This document shows positions 39,401 through 46,195 of a stretch of 46,294 nt of DNA, piece after piece. How positions within the stretch are numbered: position 1 is the first letter of the stretch; the number at the start of each line of letters is the position of its first letter. A program made the translations under genes and the position numbers. The notes below the pieces were generated by a model, which saw only the letters and a list, made by a program, of their open reading frames with translations, was not told the origin of the DNA and did no database searches. The DNA comes from a virus (lineage: Duplodnaviria; Heunggongvirae; Uroviricota; Caudoviricetes): the IMG/VR virus record IMGVR_UViG_3300031555_010707. The stretch is one strand, 5' to 3'.

Positions 39401-40002
39401 CTCAGTGCAGAAAACTGGCAGCATGGCCGAGAGAGGTGCAGACTATTCAGGCTGCCGGCAATGATGATTTCATCTTCCGTATGTTCACCAAGACTGGAAC
39501 CGGAAGCTATTCGGCTTGCTGCTTCCTGCTGAAGAATCTGATGAGCATTCGTCGCAATATGAACCCGACGAACGTCAATCAGGGCGGTTGGGCTGCTACG
39601 GCGATGCGCGAATGGCTCAACACTCGCGTGCTGAACGCACTGCCTGCCCAGTGGCGTTTGATCCTGCAACAAGTAGATGTGAAGTCCACCGCTGGTAATA
39701 TGAGCACGACTGAGTTCGCAACATCTCAGGATTACCTGTGGTTGCCGAGCTGCAAGGAAGTGAACTTCAATACCACCTCCGCCGGATACTCTGGTGAAAG
39801 CAACGGTATCTTCAACCTGTTTACTGACAATGCAAGCAGAGTCAAGTATCTCAACAATGGTGAAGGCGCTGCCAACGGCTGGTGGCTTCGTTCTCCGAAT
39901 ACCGGCAGCACGACGTACTTCAACATTGTCCTTTCGGATGGCAACGGCACCAACACCAGCGCGAGCTACGCGTATGGCGTGTGTTTCGGCTTCTGCATCT
40001 AA
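33442..40002 (+). CDS. Giant DGR target protein (putative adhesin/receptor-binding protein): Ig-like/LamG - CotH-like kinase - LRR - InlB-B-like repeats - LamG - C-terminal CLec-like (DUF6273-type) variable domain
   Basis: 2186 aa; LamG pattern ~35160-35600; GTSSQKF..KNYK, DNRAKN and YDLD motifs 35870-36915; LRR ~37620-38050; YxVxFxN..GW repeats ~38280-38700; C-terminal GGW..MRxWLN..WWLRSP..GVCFGFCI containing the VR. Confidence 0.8.
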   Translation: MTSLTTNLKLFLTGADEVGMTFLEWRTAMNGIGNNSNMELIDAAIGNLMKSNDNKADGFSFNPETGVLQLTSGGKALAGANTSVTINLSKYYTKDEVDEILEELQSNLADNEALQNIQSTAVGDIDWVEDSRTMTLYNLNGEIKKELTIEGGGGGTGGGTAHSIRIINGMSSTSITSASSSSTILKAMFYEYYGSDSTGQSGTLDVDYKLSTESEWISLKKGQVVVQGVSFDVDVTDILTVGKTTNVRLTVTGGESSLSRTLTYNVASVEASIAAINFNAADVYTGNVNFQYRCMGRGLQKTVYFYIDGELYAYEDVGTSHNETKTKLIEMMGNYQYGAHDLVVYFETPDGAKSNEVRLPILYNDGTGTEPMIGAICMTDEVTYGDTLSIDYVVFTPNQESTDTLNIKVYAIEEDDKVYYFSTTLSNVQNGVIYNWQSANLPEAGMAYVEFSSGDTVKTISVIVNEIKTDYDIEPISTNLVYQFTPEGKSNNDSNRATYEHEYTTVNGVTTKVKGVNEGFNWVSDGYVDGECLTMSGTAKHTIKLPIFSASYTDDEDQTVNLESSANAQVTTNGRTLEFEFSVSSVTDQNAPIIKCMNNDHAGFIVTPQVCYLLASNGNNVALDDTGFIENEESIPAAYIKDDKRIRLSFVIEPLDTVNNRQCVNIYINGEFANSKPYDSANVYRSTEFITFGSDTCIMKLYDVRIYNRGLTTDEIRQNFMTSPVSVQDKIARLEDNDVMNDDGDDVDYEKAKYKYPCLLIIGELSPYKGAKKKCGAILTKPDGNGGYTTEFALLDKDQDGNYVCDTNVQGTSSQKFMRKNYKLAMKKLSYLEDGSIELDEDGAYVRKKVKYSLKGKDEEGNDLSIGESTLCYKIDYMSTDHGNTFNANLADGLFADKTISQQEDPRVQNTIWGFRCLLFRTDAETYPNGVIEFAGDGCLNNDKGNTKTFGLECDGDEGNQTKRQKWEFLNNTNAICFFKSDRLMKVNDPNATILNKEVVNALESCYPDQGDLKDDFGQEPNYDYIQVLFTWVCQRANFWNASTETAAVPFTYNGNNYNTEREYRKAIFLNEFTKHFNMDHAMTYYVFMEFVALCDNRAKNMFLRCEDVTVENLVFTDSSVTKLADIINSETGEVDADKIDWENSTFAIWLTDLYDLDSCFGAENSGYVRIPYYADWNYTLNGANQFNGYDSVLWLMVEEALADKIKEKAQSLASQELLCYESLYQVHIKDNAMLVCPAIVNRDMEYKYSDPWTDGYYDYSVSTSNPTWVQTQAYKYLQRGSRTEQKESFIYRRSHLLYSKYQCDQYRNNNINFRAGQDVQPENSAITMKATQAMYFGVKYGDTGNNINASGKVAAGVAQTITSTQRIGRSDTVYLYGGTDLTDIGDISAFYPYEIQLQKATKLKNLKIGSDAAGYQNTSLAGLDLSACTLLESINLMGCVGLANPIDFSKNTLIRKIHAGNSIIPYLKLPNGGVLEELKVGAVNNLTVLNMTGLTTFAYDSLDNLTRLHVENTPNIPVLDILKTRMNYLTDGIRLIGIDADIGDDTSVLEMLVSDTAKGKYLDNNGILSTDATRYPQVTGTVHCTTIGSHLLGEIQSIYPNLTIDYENIVTQYEVKFVNYDNTVLDTQYVVLGGSAVDPVTRENNPIATPTRPMTTSTIFTFKGWDSTFTMITGATTITATYSETTREYTVRWYNGDNLVQTKKVLYGGEATYDGETPTDTSMEQYLTYRLFDGWDNSTAYITGDLDVHAKYTQAAAPKVSSGKTLANMTPVELYAMVQTGVLAPNGGYNSISTNTDYYGMIESGDEFDMTFGHDVDFDNVDSQEIIPLDEPRTFTGNAGDYLDTGIKLFDEDKSFVLAVDFQFGSTTENGVLVGCSVNDNGFRLLYSGGGKVNFGGSLSPSVSSTLDREMLIIRKRKGDNNLYVYASNKSGSNQVYSRIVRTLATEHNSTLAFGCAWDSNDQYASNLTAGTIHWAKIWMDDLGDAQCRKLAAWPREVQTIQAAGNDDFIFRMFTKTGTGSYSACCFLLKNLMSIRRNMNPTNVNQGGWAATAMREWLNTRVLNALPAQWRLILQQVDVKSTAGNMSTTEFATSQDYLWLPSCKEVNFNTTSAGYSGESNGIFNLFTDNASRVKYLNNGEGAANGWWLRSPNTGSTTYFNIVLSDGNGTNTSASYAYGVCFGFCI
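39866..39995 (+). repeat. DGR variable repeat (VR)
   Basis: 130-nt ungapped match to 40598-40727 with 16 mismatches, each opposite a TR adenine; encodes the final residues of the 2186-aa protein. Confidence 0.97.
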
Positions 40003-40032
40003 TCGCAGATCAAAATAGGCAAAATCGACAAA

Positions 40033-40080
40033 AGACAAAAAGGCGCCTCTCCCCCTGAGTGGGGAGGGCGCCGTTTGTCT
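40033..40080 (+). promoter_or_regulatory. GC-rich hairpin/cruciform downstream of VR (DGR target-recognition element; may also act as a terminator)
   Basis: AGACAAA-aa-GGCGCC-t-CTCCCC-ctgagt-GGGGAG-GGCGCC-g-TTTGTCT. Confidence 0.7.
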
Positions 40081-40108
40081 AACTATGAAGCTAAGGATGT
40101 GACCTACA

Positions 40109-40564
40109 ATTTCGGTAATCAAAAGCAAGCGTAGCGAATCCAGTATGCAATTCGTAGATACAGCAAGCAAATTACACATTTATACGGTCAAGCAATGCGT
40201 AAAATTTCCGAAGCGATATACGTTCTATGTTTCGCAGAACATATCGGATACGGCAAGTGAAATCCTGAAATGCGTTAAGAGCGCAAACAGCATCTATCCC
40301 ACAAATGCTCACGAGGTGCAGGTGAGGCGTGACTACTTCTTGCGGGCATATGCGGAAACTCAGAGCCTTGTCAGCCTGATTAACGATGCCAAAGAAATGT
40401 TTGATATTTCAGGAAGCGCAATGACCGGATGGATGGAGTTAATCCAAGCAGAACTGAATCTGCTGAAAGGCATTTTGAAAACGGATAAGCAACGATATAA
40501 GAAAATTTTGAACACGGACAGTTCTGACTCCGACATTGAAGAAACCGAAGAATCAGACGACTAA
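40109..40564 (+). CDS. avd: DGR accessory variability determinant (Avd-like four-helix protein); ATT 40109 likely start, first ATG 40145
   Basis: Located between VR and TR; helical ~150 aa; N-terminus (I)SVIKSKRSESSMQF resembles the MSVxKSKR start of Firmicutes DGR Avd proteins. Confidence 0.8.
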   Translation: MSVIKSKRSESSMQFVDTASKLHIYTVKQCVKFPKRYTFYVSQNISDTASEILKCVKSANSIYPTNAHEVQVRRDYFLRAYAETQSLVSLINDAKEMFDISGSAMTGWMELIQAELNLLKGILKTDKQRYKKILNTDSSDSDIEETEESDD

Positions 40565-40597
40565 CGATACATATAGGGGCTGTTCTATAATTCACAC

Positions 40598-40727
40598 GCG
40601 CTGCCAACAACTGGTGGCTTCGTTCTCCGAATACCGGCAACACGACGAACTTCAACAATGTCAATTCGGATGGCAACAACAACAACAACAACGCGAGCAA
40701 CACGAATGGCGTGTGTTTCGGATTCTG
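40598..40727 (+). repeat. DGR template repeat (TR)
   Basis: Non-coding copy of VR with 39 adenines and 16 AAC/AAT codons, including (AAC)6. Confidence 0.97.
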
Positions 40728-40988
40728 TGGGGCGACAAACAAATTATTACTGTCGTATGACCAGATCAGACAAAGTAACTCCTATTGGAGAGAAATCAGT
40801 ATCTACTACAGAAGGAGAATAGTTCCTTCCCTAAAAAGGTAAATTGACACCTCGGTATAACCGGTCGGACGCTTCTTGCATGGTTCTGCGATGGCATTAG
40901 CAGAATTTCATGGCCGTTGTTATCGGACAGCCAGATATGCCAATGGCGTGAAAACGCCAAGCTGTACGAGGTGTGGACGGAGCAGAGG
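40728..40988 (+). ncRNA. DGR RNA 3' spacer (structured region between TR and RT)
   Basis: Position typical of the DGR spacer; TTCTGC/GCAGAA stem ~40884-40905; CTACAGAA 40806-40813 is complementary to the TR 3' end. Confidence 0.5.
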
Positions 40989-42116
40989 ATGACAAGTATT
41001 GAACGACGGGAAATGCGCTACCAAAGGCGCAAAGCGAAACGAGAAGAAGCAAGAAAACGAAGAAACGAACTGTACGGCAATTTCGATAAGGTTTATACCT
41101 ATGAACACCTGTATCACTCTTATCTGATGTGCCGAAAGAATGTTCGATGGAAATCCAGCACGCAACGATATATTGCTAATGCTTCATTGAACGTGTATGA
41201 CGCTTACAAAAGATTGCACGAAGGCACGTTCAAAAGCCGTGGATTCTATGAATTCGATTTGTTTGAAAGAGGAAAGCCACGGCATATTCGAAGTGTTGAT
41301 GTACATGAGCGAGTGGTTCAAAGATGCACTTGCGACTATTCCCTCATTCCCATGTTGCAACCATCCTTCGTTTATGATAATGGCGCAAGCATGAAAAACA
41401 AAGGATACCATTTCGCGGTGAAAAGATTCAACCGCCATCTTCAACGGCATATCCGCAAACATGGAAATCGCGGATATGTTCTTTTATTTGATTTCTCCAG
41501 TTATTTTGACAGCATTCCTCATGACCTGTTGATGAAGATTCTTGATAAGGCTTACGATGACGAAAGAACTCTGAAGCTGATTAAGCACTTCATCGACATG
41601 TTTGGCGATAAAGGCATTGGCCTTGGAAGCCAAGTTTCGCAGGTGTTGGCACTTGCTGCTGCAAATGAACTCGACCACTTTATTAAGGAAGAGCTTCGTG
41701 CAAAGTGCTATGGGCGGTATATGGACGACGGCTATATTATCCACGAAAGCAAGGAATATCTGGAAGAATGTATGGAGAAGATCAATCAGAAGTGTATTGA
41801 AATGGGCTTGAAATTGAGCATCAAGAAAACACGAGTAGTTCCAATCTTCAGAGATTTCATGTGGCTCAAAATCCGTTATCGCGTAACGGAAACAGGACAC
41901 ATCGTAAAACGCATTTGGAGAAAGAGTGTGGTGCGTATGCGCAGAAAACTGAAGAAACTCAAAAGAAAGCTGGAACAAGGAGTGATAACGGCGTTCGACG
42001 TTTATCAATCTGTTCAGTCGTGGAAGAGCCATGCTCGTGGACTGGCAGTATATCACACTATGAAGAGACTGGATGAACTTATATTCAACCTATTTGGTAC
42101 AGAGGTGATTGTATGA
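40989..42116 (+). CDS. DGR reverse transcriptase
   Basis: Start MTSIERREMRYQRRK at ATG 40989; RT motifs ERVVQ, FDFSSYFDSI, GIGLGSQVSQ, YGRYMDD; adjacent to TR. Confidence 0.95.
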   Translation: MTSIERREMRYQRRKAKREEARKRRNELYGNFDKVYTYEHLYHSYLMCRKNVRWKSSTQRYIANASLNVYDAYKRLHEGTFKSRGFYEFDLFERGKPRHIRSVDVHERVVQRCTCDYSLIPMLQPSFVYDNGASMKNKGYHFAVKRFNRHLQRHIRKHGNRGYVLLFDFSSYFDSIPHDLLMKILDKAYDDERTLKLIKHFIDMFGDKGIGLGSQVSQVLALAAANELDHFIKEELRAKCYGRYMDDGYIIHESKEYLEECMEKINQKCIEMGLKLSIKKTRVVPIFRDFMWLKIRYRVTETGHIVKRIWRKSVVRMRRKLKKLKRKLEQGVITAFDVYQSVQSWKSHARGLAVYHTMKRLDELIFNLFGTEVIV

Positions 42117-42877
42117 ACTATTACAAGATTGTACTGGACAACAAGGTTGTGGACGTGCTTGAAGGTGCAAGCTGGGTAAAGCTGAGTCGGCGCGGGCGAA
42201 TTGTGCTCTGTGAACCGGCAGAAGCGCTTGGCGTTGTATCTTCAGATGGAAAGACAACCTGGAATCTGGACGGTACGCCAGGACTGGCAGGCTATGACTA
42301 CGAGTCTGTTACTGTCACCGACATTACGGAAACAGAGGCCACCGAACTGAAGACTCTGCTGGGACTGGGTGGAGAGGTAACAAACACTCCGAGTGGCAGC
42401 GAAGTCGAATTCCCGGAAGAGCCTGAAGTACCCGATGAACCTATTACGGATGGAACCCTGGAAGAAGTGAAGAAACGTAGTCTGGAGCGCCTGAGTGCAA
42501 TCTGCCAGCAAATTATTTTTGACGGATTCGACGCCACCCTGACTGATGGACAAGTAAAGCACTTTACCTTGAAGATTGAGGATCAGCTGAACCTGTTGTC
42601 CCTCTCTACACTTCTGGCCACTGGAGCAGAAGCCATTCCGTATCATGCGACTGGTGAATTGTGTGAATATTACAGCCCAGAAGATATGACGCTGATTATC
42701 ACGCAAGCTACTCAGTTCAAGACCTATCACACATCCTACTACAACAGCCTGAAGAACTGGGTTGAGTCTATGGACAGCATTGCTGAGATTGGCTCTGTCG
42801 CTTATGGCGACACCATTCCCTCAGAGTTCTGTTCTGTGGTTTTCAATCAGCTTGTACAGGCGCAAGAAGTGAGCTGA
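42113..42877 (+). CDS. Tail fibre assembly-like protein (C-terminal DUF4376-like)
   Basis: ATGA overlap with RT stop; C-terminal FTLKIEDQLNL..YHATGELCEYYSPEDM..YHTSYYNSLKNW pattern. Confidence 0.6.
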   Translation: MNYYKIVLDNKVVDVLEGASWVKLSRRGRIVLCEPAEALGVVSSDGKTTWNLDGTPGLAGYDYESVTVTDITETEATELKTLLGLGGEVTNTPSGSEVEFPEEPEVPDEPITDGTLEEVKKRSLERLSAICQQIIFDGFDATLTDGQVKHFTLKIEDQLNLLSLSTLLATGAEAIPYHATGELCEYYSPEDMTLIITQATQFKTYHTSYYNSLKNWVESMDSIAEIGSVAYGDTIPSEFCSVVFNQLVQAQEVS

Positions 42878-42882
42878 TTTGA

Positions 42883-43605
42883 TTGAAAAAGCTATATAAA
42901 ACACTGATTTTGTTTTTCATAGGAGGTGGACTTTACCTTCTGATCGAGATGCTCTGGAGGGCAATCATGGGCAGTCATCCAACGCATTGGGCTATGCTCT
43001 TTGTGGGAGGACTGTCCTTTGTCCTCGTAGGAGGCATCAACGAATGGATTCCGTGGGAACTGTCCCTTATGAAGCAAAGCCTGATCGGCACAGCGGTTAT
43101 ACTGCTGACGGAATTCATCAGCGGCTGTATTCTGAATCTATGGCTGGGGCTTGGAATTTGGGATTACTCAGACAAATTTCTCAATCTGTGCGGGCAAATC
43201 TGTCCTCAATTTGCAATCGGATGGTTTCTGCTTGCCGGTGTAGCTATTGTACTTGACGATTATCTTCGGTATTGGATGTTCGGAGAGGAGAAACCGCACT
43301 ATCAGATTGTTGAAGTGAAAAAGCGCAGACGCAAGAAAAAGAAGAAAGTAGAGTTTTCAAAGATTCTTGTAACTTGGGCACTGGTTCTTACAACGTTATG
43401 CGTGGCTCTCTCCTATGTTTTATCGTTCTCAGATCATGATCCTGCGTCTGATGTAACTGTTGCTGTTGCGTCAGCTTGTATCGCTATTGCCGTTGCTTAT
43501 GAAGCAAAGAGCTTCGGTGAAAAGAACAGCCGAAACAAATATGGCGTTGATAAAAATGGCTACAAGATCGAGCCTGCTTCTGATGATGAAAACGCTGTCG
43601 GCTAA
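42883..43605 (+). CDS. Multi-pass membrane protein (TMEM229/CmpB-like N-part plus 2-TM holin-like C-part)
   Basis: Four hydrophobic segments with WDYS..NL.GQIC motif, then a KKRRRKKKKK linker and two more TM segments. Confidence 0.55.
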   Translation: MKKLYKTLILFFIGGGLYLLIEMLWRAIMGSHPTHWAMLFVGGLSFVLVGGINEWIPWELSLMKQSLIGTAVILLTEFISGCILNLWLGLGIWDYSDKFLNLCGQICPQFAIGWFLLAGVAIVLDDYLRYWMFGEEKPHYQIVEVKKRRRKKKKKVEFSKILVTWALVLTTLCVALSYVLSFSDHDPASDVTVAVASACIAIAVAYEAKSFGEKNSRNKYGVDKNGYKIEPASDDENAVG

Positions 43606-43619
43606 CTAAGGAGGAAACT

Positions 43620-44339
43620 ATGAGTACAACCGATAATGCAAAAACCATTTGGGACTTCCTGAAAGGGAAGGGTCTAAACGATTATGCAGTTGCCGGTCTG
43701 ATGGGGAATCTGAAAGCTGAATCCGCATTGAACCCCAAGAATCTGCAAGGTAGCTATGAGAGGAAGCTCGGCTTTACAGACGAAACCTATACTGCAGCTG
43801 TAGATGACGGCTCGTACAATAACTTCGTAAAAGATAAAGCTGGCTACGGACTGGCGCAATGGACTTATTGGAGCAGAAAACAGAACCTGCTTAATTTCGC
43901 AAAGAGCAAAAATACTTCTATCGGAGATCTGTCCATGCAACTTGAATTCTTGTGGAAAGAATTGCAGGGGTACAAATCCGTTATGGAAACGCTTAATAAG
44001 GCTACTTCGATTCTGGAAGCCTCTAATGCGGTTCTTAAAGGCTACGAACGCCCTGCAAATCAAGGAGAAAGTGCCCAGAAGAAGAGAGAAGCATACGGGC
44101 AAGATTACTATGATAAGTATGCAAAGAAGCCCGAAGTCGAATTTGTTCCCTATGAGCCACCTGTCGCTACTATTGAACCTGCGCAAAGAACGCACACCGT
44201 AAAGCGCGGAGATACGCTTTGGGGTCTTGCAAAAAAGTATCTTGGGTCTGGGTTGAAGTGGACAAAGATTGCCAAACTCAATAACATTAAAGGCACTCTG
44301 ATTCGCACTGGACAGGTTCTCAAAATTCCAGAAAAGTAA
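43620..44339 (+). CDS. Cell-wall hydrolase: phage tail lysozyme (Phage_lysozyme2-like) plus LysM
   Basis: AGLMGNLKAESALNP, GYGLAQWT, YERPA; C-terminal HTVKRGDTLWGLAKKY LysM. Confidence 0.85.
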   Translation: MSTTDNAKTIWDFLKGKGLNDYAVAGLMGNLKAESALNPKNLQGSYERKLGFTDETYTAAVDDGSYNNFVKDKAGYGLAQWTYWSRKQNLLNFAKSKNTSIGDLSMQLEFLWKELQGYKSVMETLNKATSILEASNAVLKGYERPANQGESAQKKREAYGQDYYDKYAKKPEVEFVPYEPPVATIEPAQRTHTVKRGDTLWGLAKKYLGSGLKWTKIAKLNNIKGTLIRTGQVLKIPEK

Positions 44340-44377
44340 AAAATGAAAATAGAACCTAAGAAAGGCGGAGATATAAT

Positions 44378-45013
44378 GTGCTGAGCTACATTGAGTATTT
44401 GGAACAACATATAGGGCTTCCTGGCCTTATTGTGACAGCGCTTGTTGTGCTGTTTTTTATTTTGCAGATCGTTGGAGAGTTGCTTGAGTTCAAAGGTAAA
44501 ATTGTGCCGGAGTTTCTCAAGATTCGCAAGTTCTTTCAACGCAGAAAGCAAGAAAAGTTGGAAACACAACAGACAATCCAAGATGTCAGGAAGTTACTTG
44601 CTGAAGTCAATGCTCACTATTCCAAAGACAATATTACGAAACGGGATAGCTGGATGAACTGGGTTAACGACAGGGCAAAAGTCTATGACCGAACCATCGT
44701 TGATATGACAAAGAATATGAACGATGTTACCGAGGCACTTAATGCCAACACCCGGATGACCGAAGAGATGTTTATTCAGAGCAGCAGGGACAGAATTCTT
44801 GATTTTGCCACCAAGGCTTCCAACAAAGATGCTCTATTGTCCCGAGAGGAATTTAAGCGTATTTTCAAGGTATATGATGAGTACGAAAGATTCCTTGAAG
44901 AGCATGGGAAAACCAACGGCGAAATTGCAATTGCACACCGTGTTATCAATGAAGCATACGAGTACCGCTTGAAGCATTCTTCATTCATTGAGGACATCAG
45001 AGGTTACAAATAA
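44378..45013 (+). CDS. Single-TM coiled-coil membrane protein, putative holin-like
   Basis: N-terminal TM segment LIVTALVVLFFILQIV; lies between two lysins. Confidence 0.5.
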   Translation: MLSYIEYLEQHIGLPGLIVTALVVLFFILQIVGELLEFKGKIVPEFLKIRKFFQRRKQEKLETQQTIQDVRKLLAEVNAHYSKDNITKRDSWMNWVNDRAKVYDRTIVDMTKNMNDVTEALNANTRMTEEMFIQSSRDRILDFATKASNKDALLSREEFKRIFKVYDEYERFLEEHGKTNGEIAIAHRVINEAYEYRLKHSSFIEDIRGYK

Positions 45014-45027
45014 TGCAATAAACGAAA

Positions 45028-45058
45028 AGAGGGCGACTGTGTAATTACAGCCGCCCTT
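45028..45058 (+). terminator. Putative terminator hairpin
   Basis: AGGGCG-aCTGT-gtaatt-ACAGc-CGCCCT followed by TTCT. Confidence 0.45.
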
Positions 45059-45096
45059 TCTATATACGGGATTTCATTTGGAGGTAAGGTATTTTT

Positions 45097-46023
45097 ATGA
45101 CTGCGAACGAGAAGCGAGCAGCTGTAGCTGCTAAGTATAAATCTATTCTTGGAAGGAACTACTACAGTCAGCCGAAACGAGATTATTGCTTTAAGCAATA
45201 TAAAGATGGCAAATACTATTCCGATTGTTCCAGTTCAATTAGTTACTGCTATAAAGAAGCTGGCTTTGGATTTGGTATCCTGAATACAGTAGGCATGTAT
45301 CAGAGCAAGAAAATGACTACTGTGCCTGTAATCATCAAGAATGGACAGATTCAAAACCCAGAGGTACTTCGCATTGGAGACATGCTGTTATTTGCCGGAT
45401 CAGATTCTGGACGTGCATATGCAGGATATGTCGGCCATGTAGAAATGGTTTACGAAATCAATGGAACGAACGTAACCTTATGCGGACATGGCAGTGGTCG
45501 CCCGAGTACCAAGAAGATGACAACGTACTGCAAGAGCAGATATAATTCCAAGTCAACGACCGGACTCGGCAATAAGGGGCTGATTAAGGTTGTACGATTC
45601 ATTCAGGATGATGAAGGTGCTGTAACAGCCCCTATTGAGCCACAGAAGCCCACTACAGCCTCTCCGAGCAAAGATGTAGTGAAGATTACAGGTGGATCTG
45701 TGTACATTCGTACCGGCCCTGGAACGTCTTACAGCATGTATCAGGTTGCGAGACGAGGGGACGAATTTGAGCGGCTGGATTCTGAAGGCTGGATTGCGAT
45801 TCAGTTTGAGGGCAAGGTCAGATGGATTTCGGGTAAGTATGTAAGTCCTGCTGGCCTATGTTCTGGCAATACGGTAAATGTTCGCACTGGCGCAGGAACC
45901 GGGTTCCCATCTGTCGGAGTAGTTCGTAAGAATGACCGCTTGAATAAGGTCGATTACGAAGGATGGATTCCTGTAGTTATTGACCGGGATGTCAAATGGG
46001 TATCTGATAAATACGCCGACTAA
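45097..46023 (+). CDS. Endolysin: NlpC/P60 (CHAP-clan) peptidase plus two SH3b domains
   Basis: YYSDCSSSI (catalytic Cys), GHVEMV (His); IRTGPGT and VRTGAGT SH3b repeats. Confidence 0.85.
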   Translation: MTANEKRAAVAAKYKSILGRNYYSQPKRDYCFKQYKDGKYYSDCSSSISYCYKEAGFGFGILNTVGMYQSKKMTTVPVIIKNGQIQNPEVLRIGDMLLFAGSDSGRAYAGYVGHVEMVYEINGTNVTLCGHGSGRPSTKKMTTYCKSRYNSKSTTGLGNKGLIKVVRFIQDDEGAVTAPIEPQKPTTASPSKDVVKITGGSVYIRTGPGTSYSMYQVARRGDEFERLDSEGWIAIQFEGKVRWISGKYVSPAGLCSGNTVNVRTGAGTGFPSVGVVRKNDRLNKVDYEGWIPVVIDRDVKWVSDKYAD

Positions 46024-46050
46024 AAATGCGCGAGTGAATTGAAGTGAAAT

Positions 46051-46113
46051 AAAAAAAGGCCACTGAGCAATGAACGGTGATGATCCGTCAAAGTTCAGTG
46101 GCCTTATTTTTTT
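46051..46113. terminator. Bidirectional intrinsic terminator
   Basis: AAAAAAAGGCCACTGAGC ... GTTCAGTGGCCTTATTTTTTT; A-tract and T-tract flank the stem between convergent genes. Confidence 0.75.
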
Positions 46114-46195
46114 AGGGGTTAAGTAGAGATAGGTTGCTTGCGAATTGGCTCATGTTGATAATCAGGGTTATCGTTCGTATAAATGACACATGTGA

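Larger units (their letters stand above)
1..46195 (+). mobile_element. Prophage late region (head, tail, DGR, lysis) of a large temperate siphovirus-like phage of Firmicutes; right boundary probably near 46195
   Basis: Continuous + strand array terminase-portal-capsid-tail-TMP-fibres-lysins, ending next to a truncated host-type spoVT gene. Confidence 0.9.

Noticed and set aside
40536-40760. Poly-Gln ORF and (AAC)n microsatellite/CRISPR-like repeat
   Set aside because: This is the TR read in another frame; AAC runs are the DGR mutable codons, and no repeat-spacer array exists
40917-42116. RT as group II intron, retron or Abi RT
   Set aside because: No maturase/endonuclease extension or msr-msd inverted repeats seen; an adjacent TR/VR pair and avd identify it as a DGR RT
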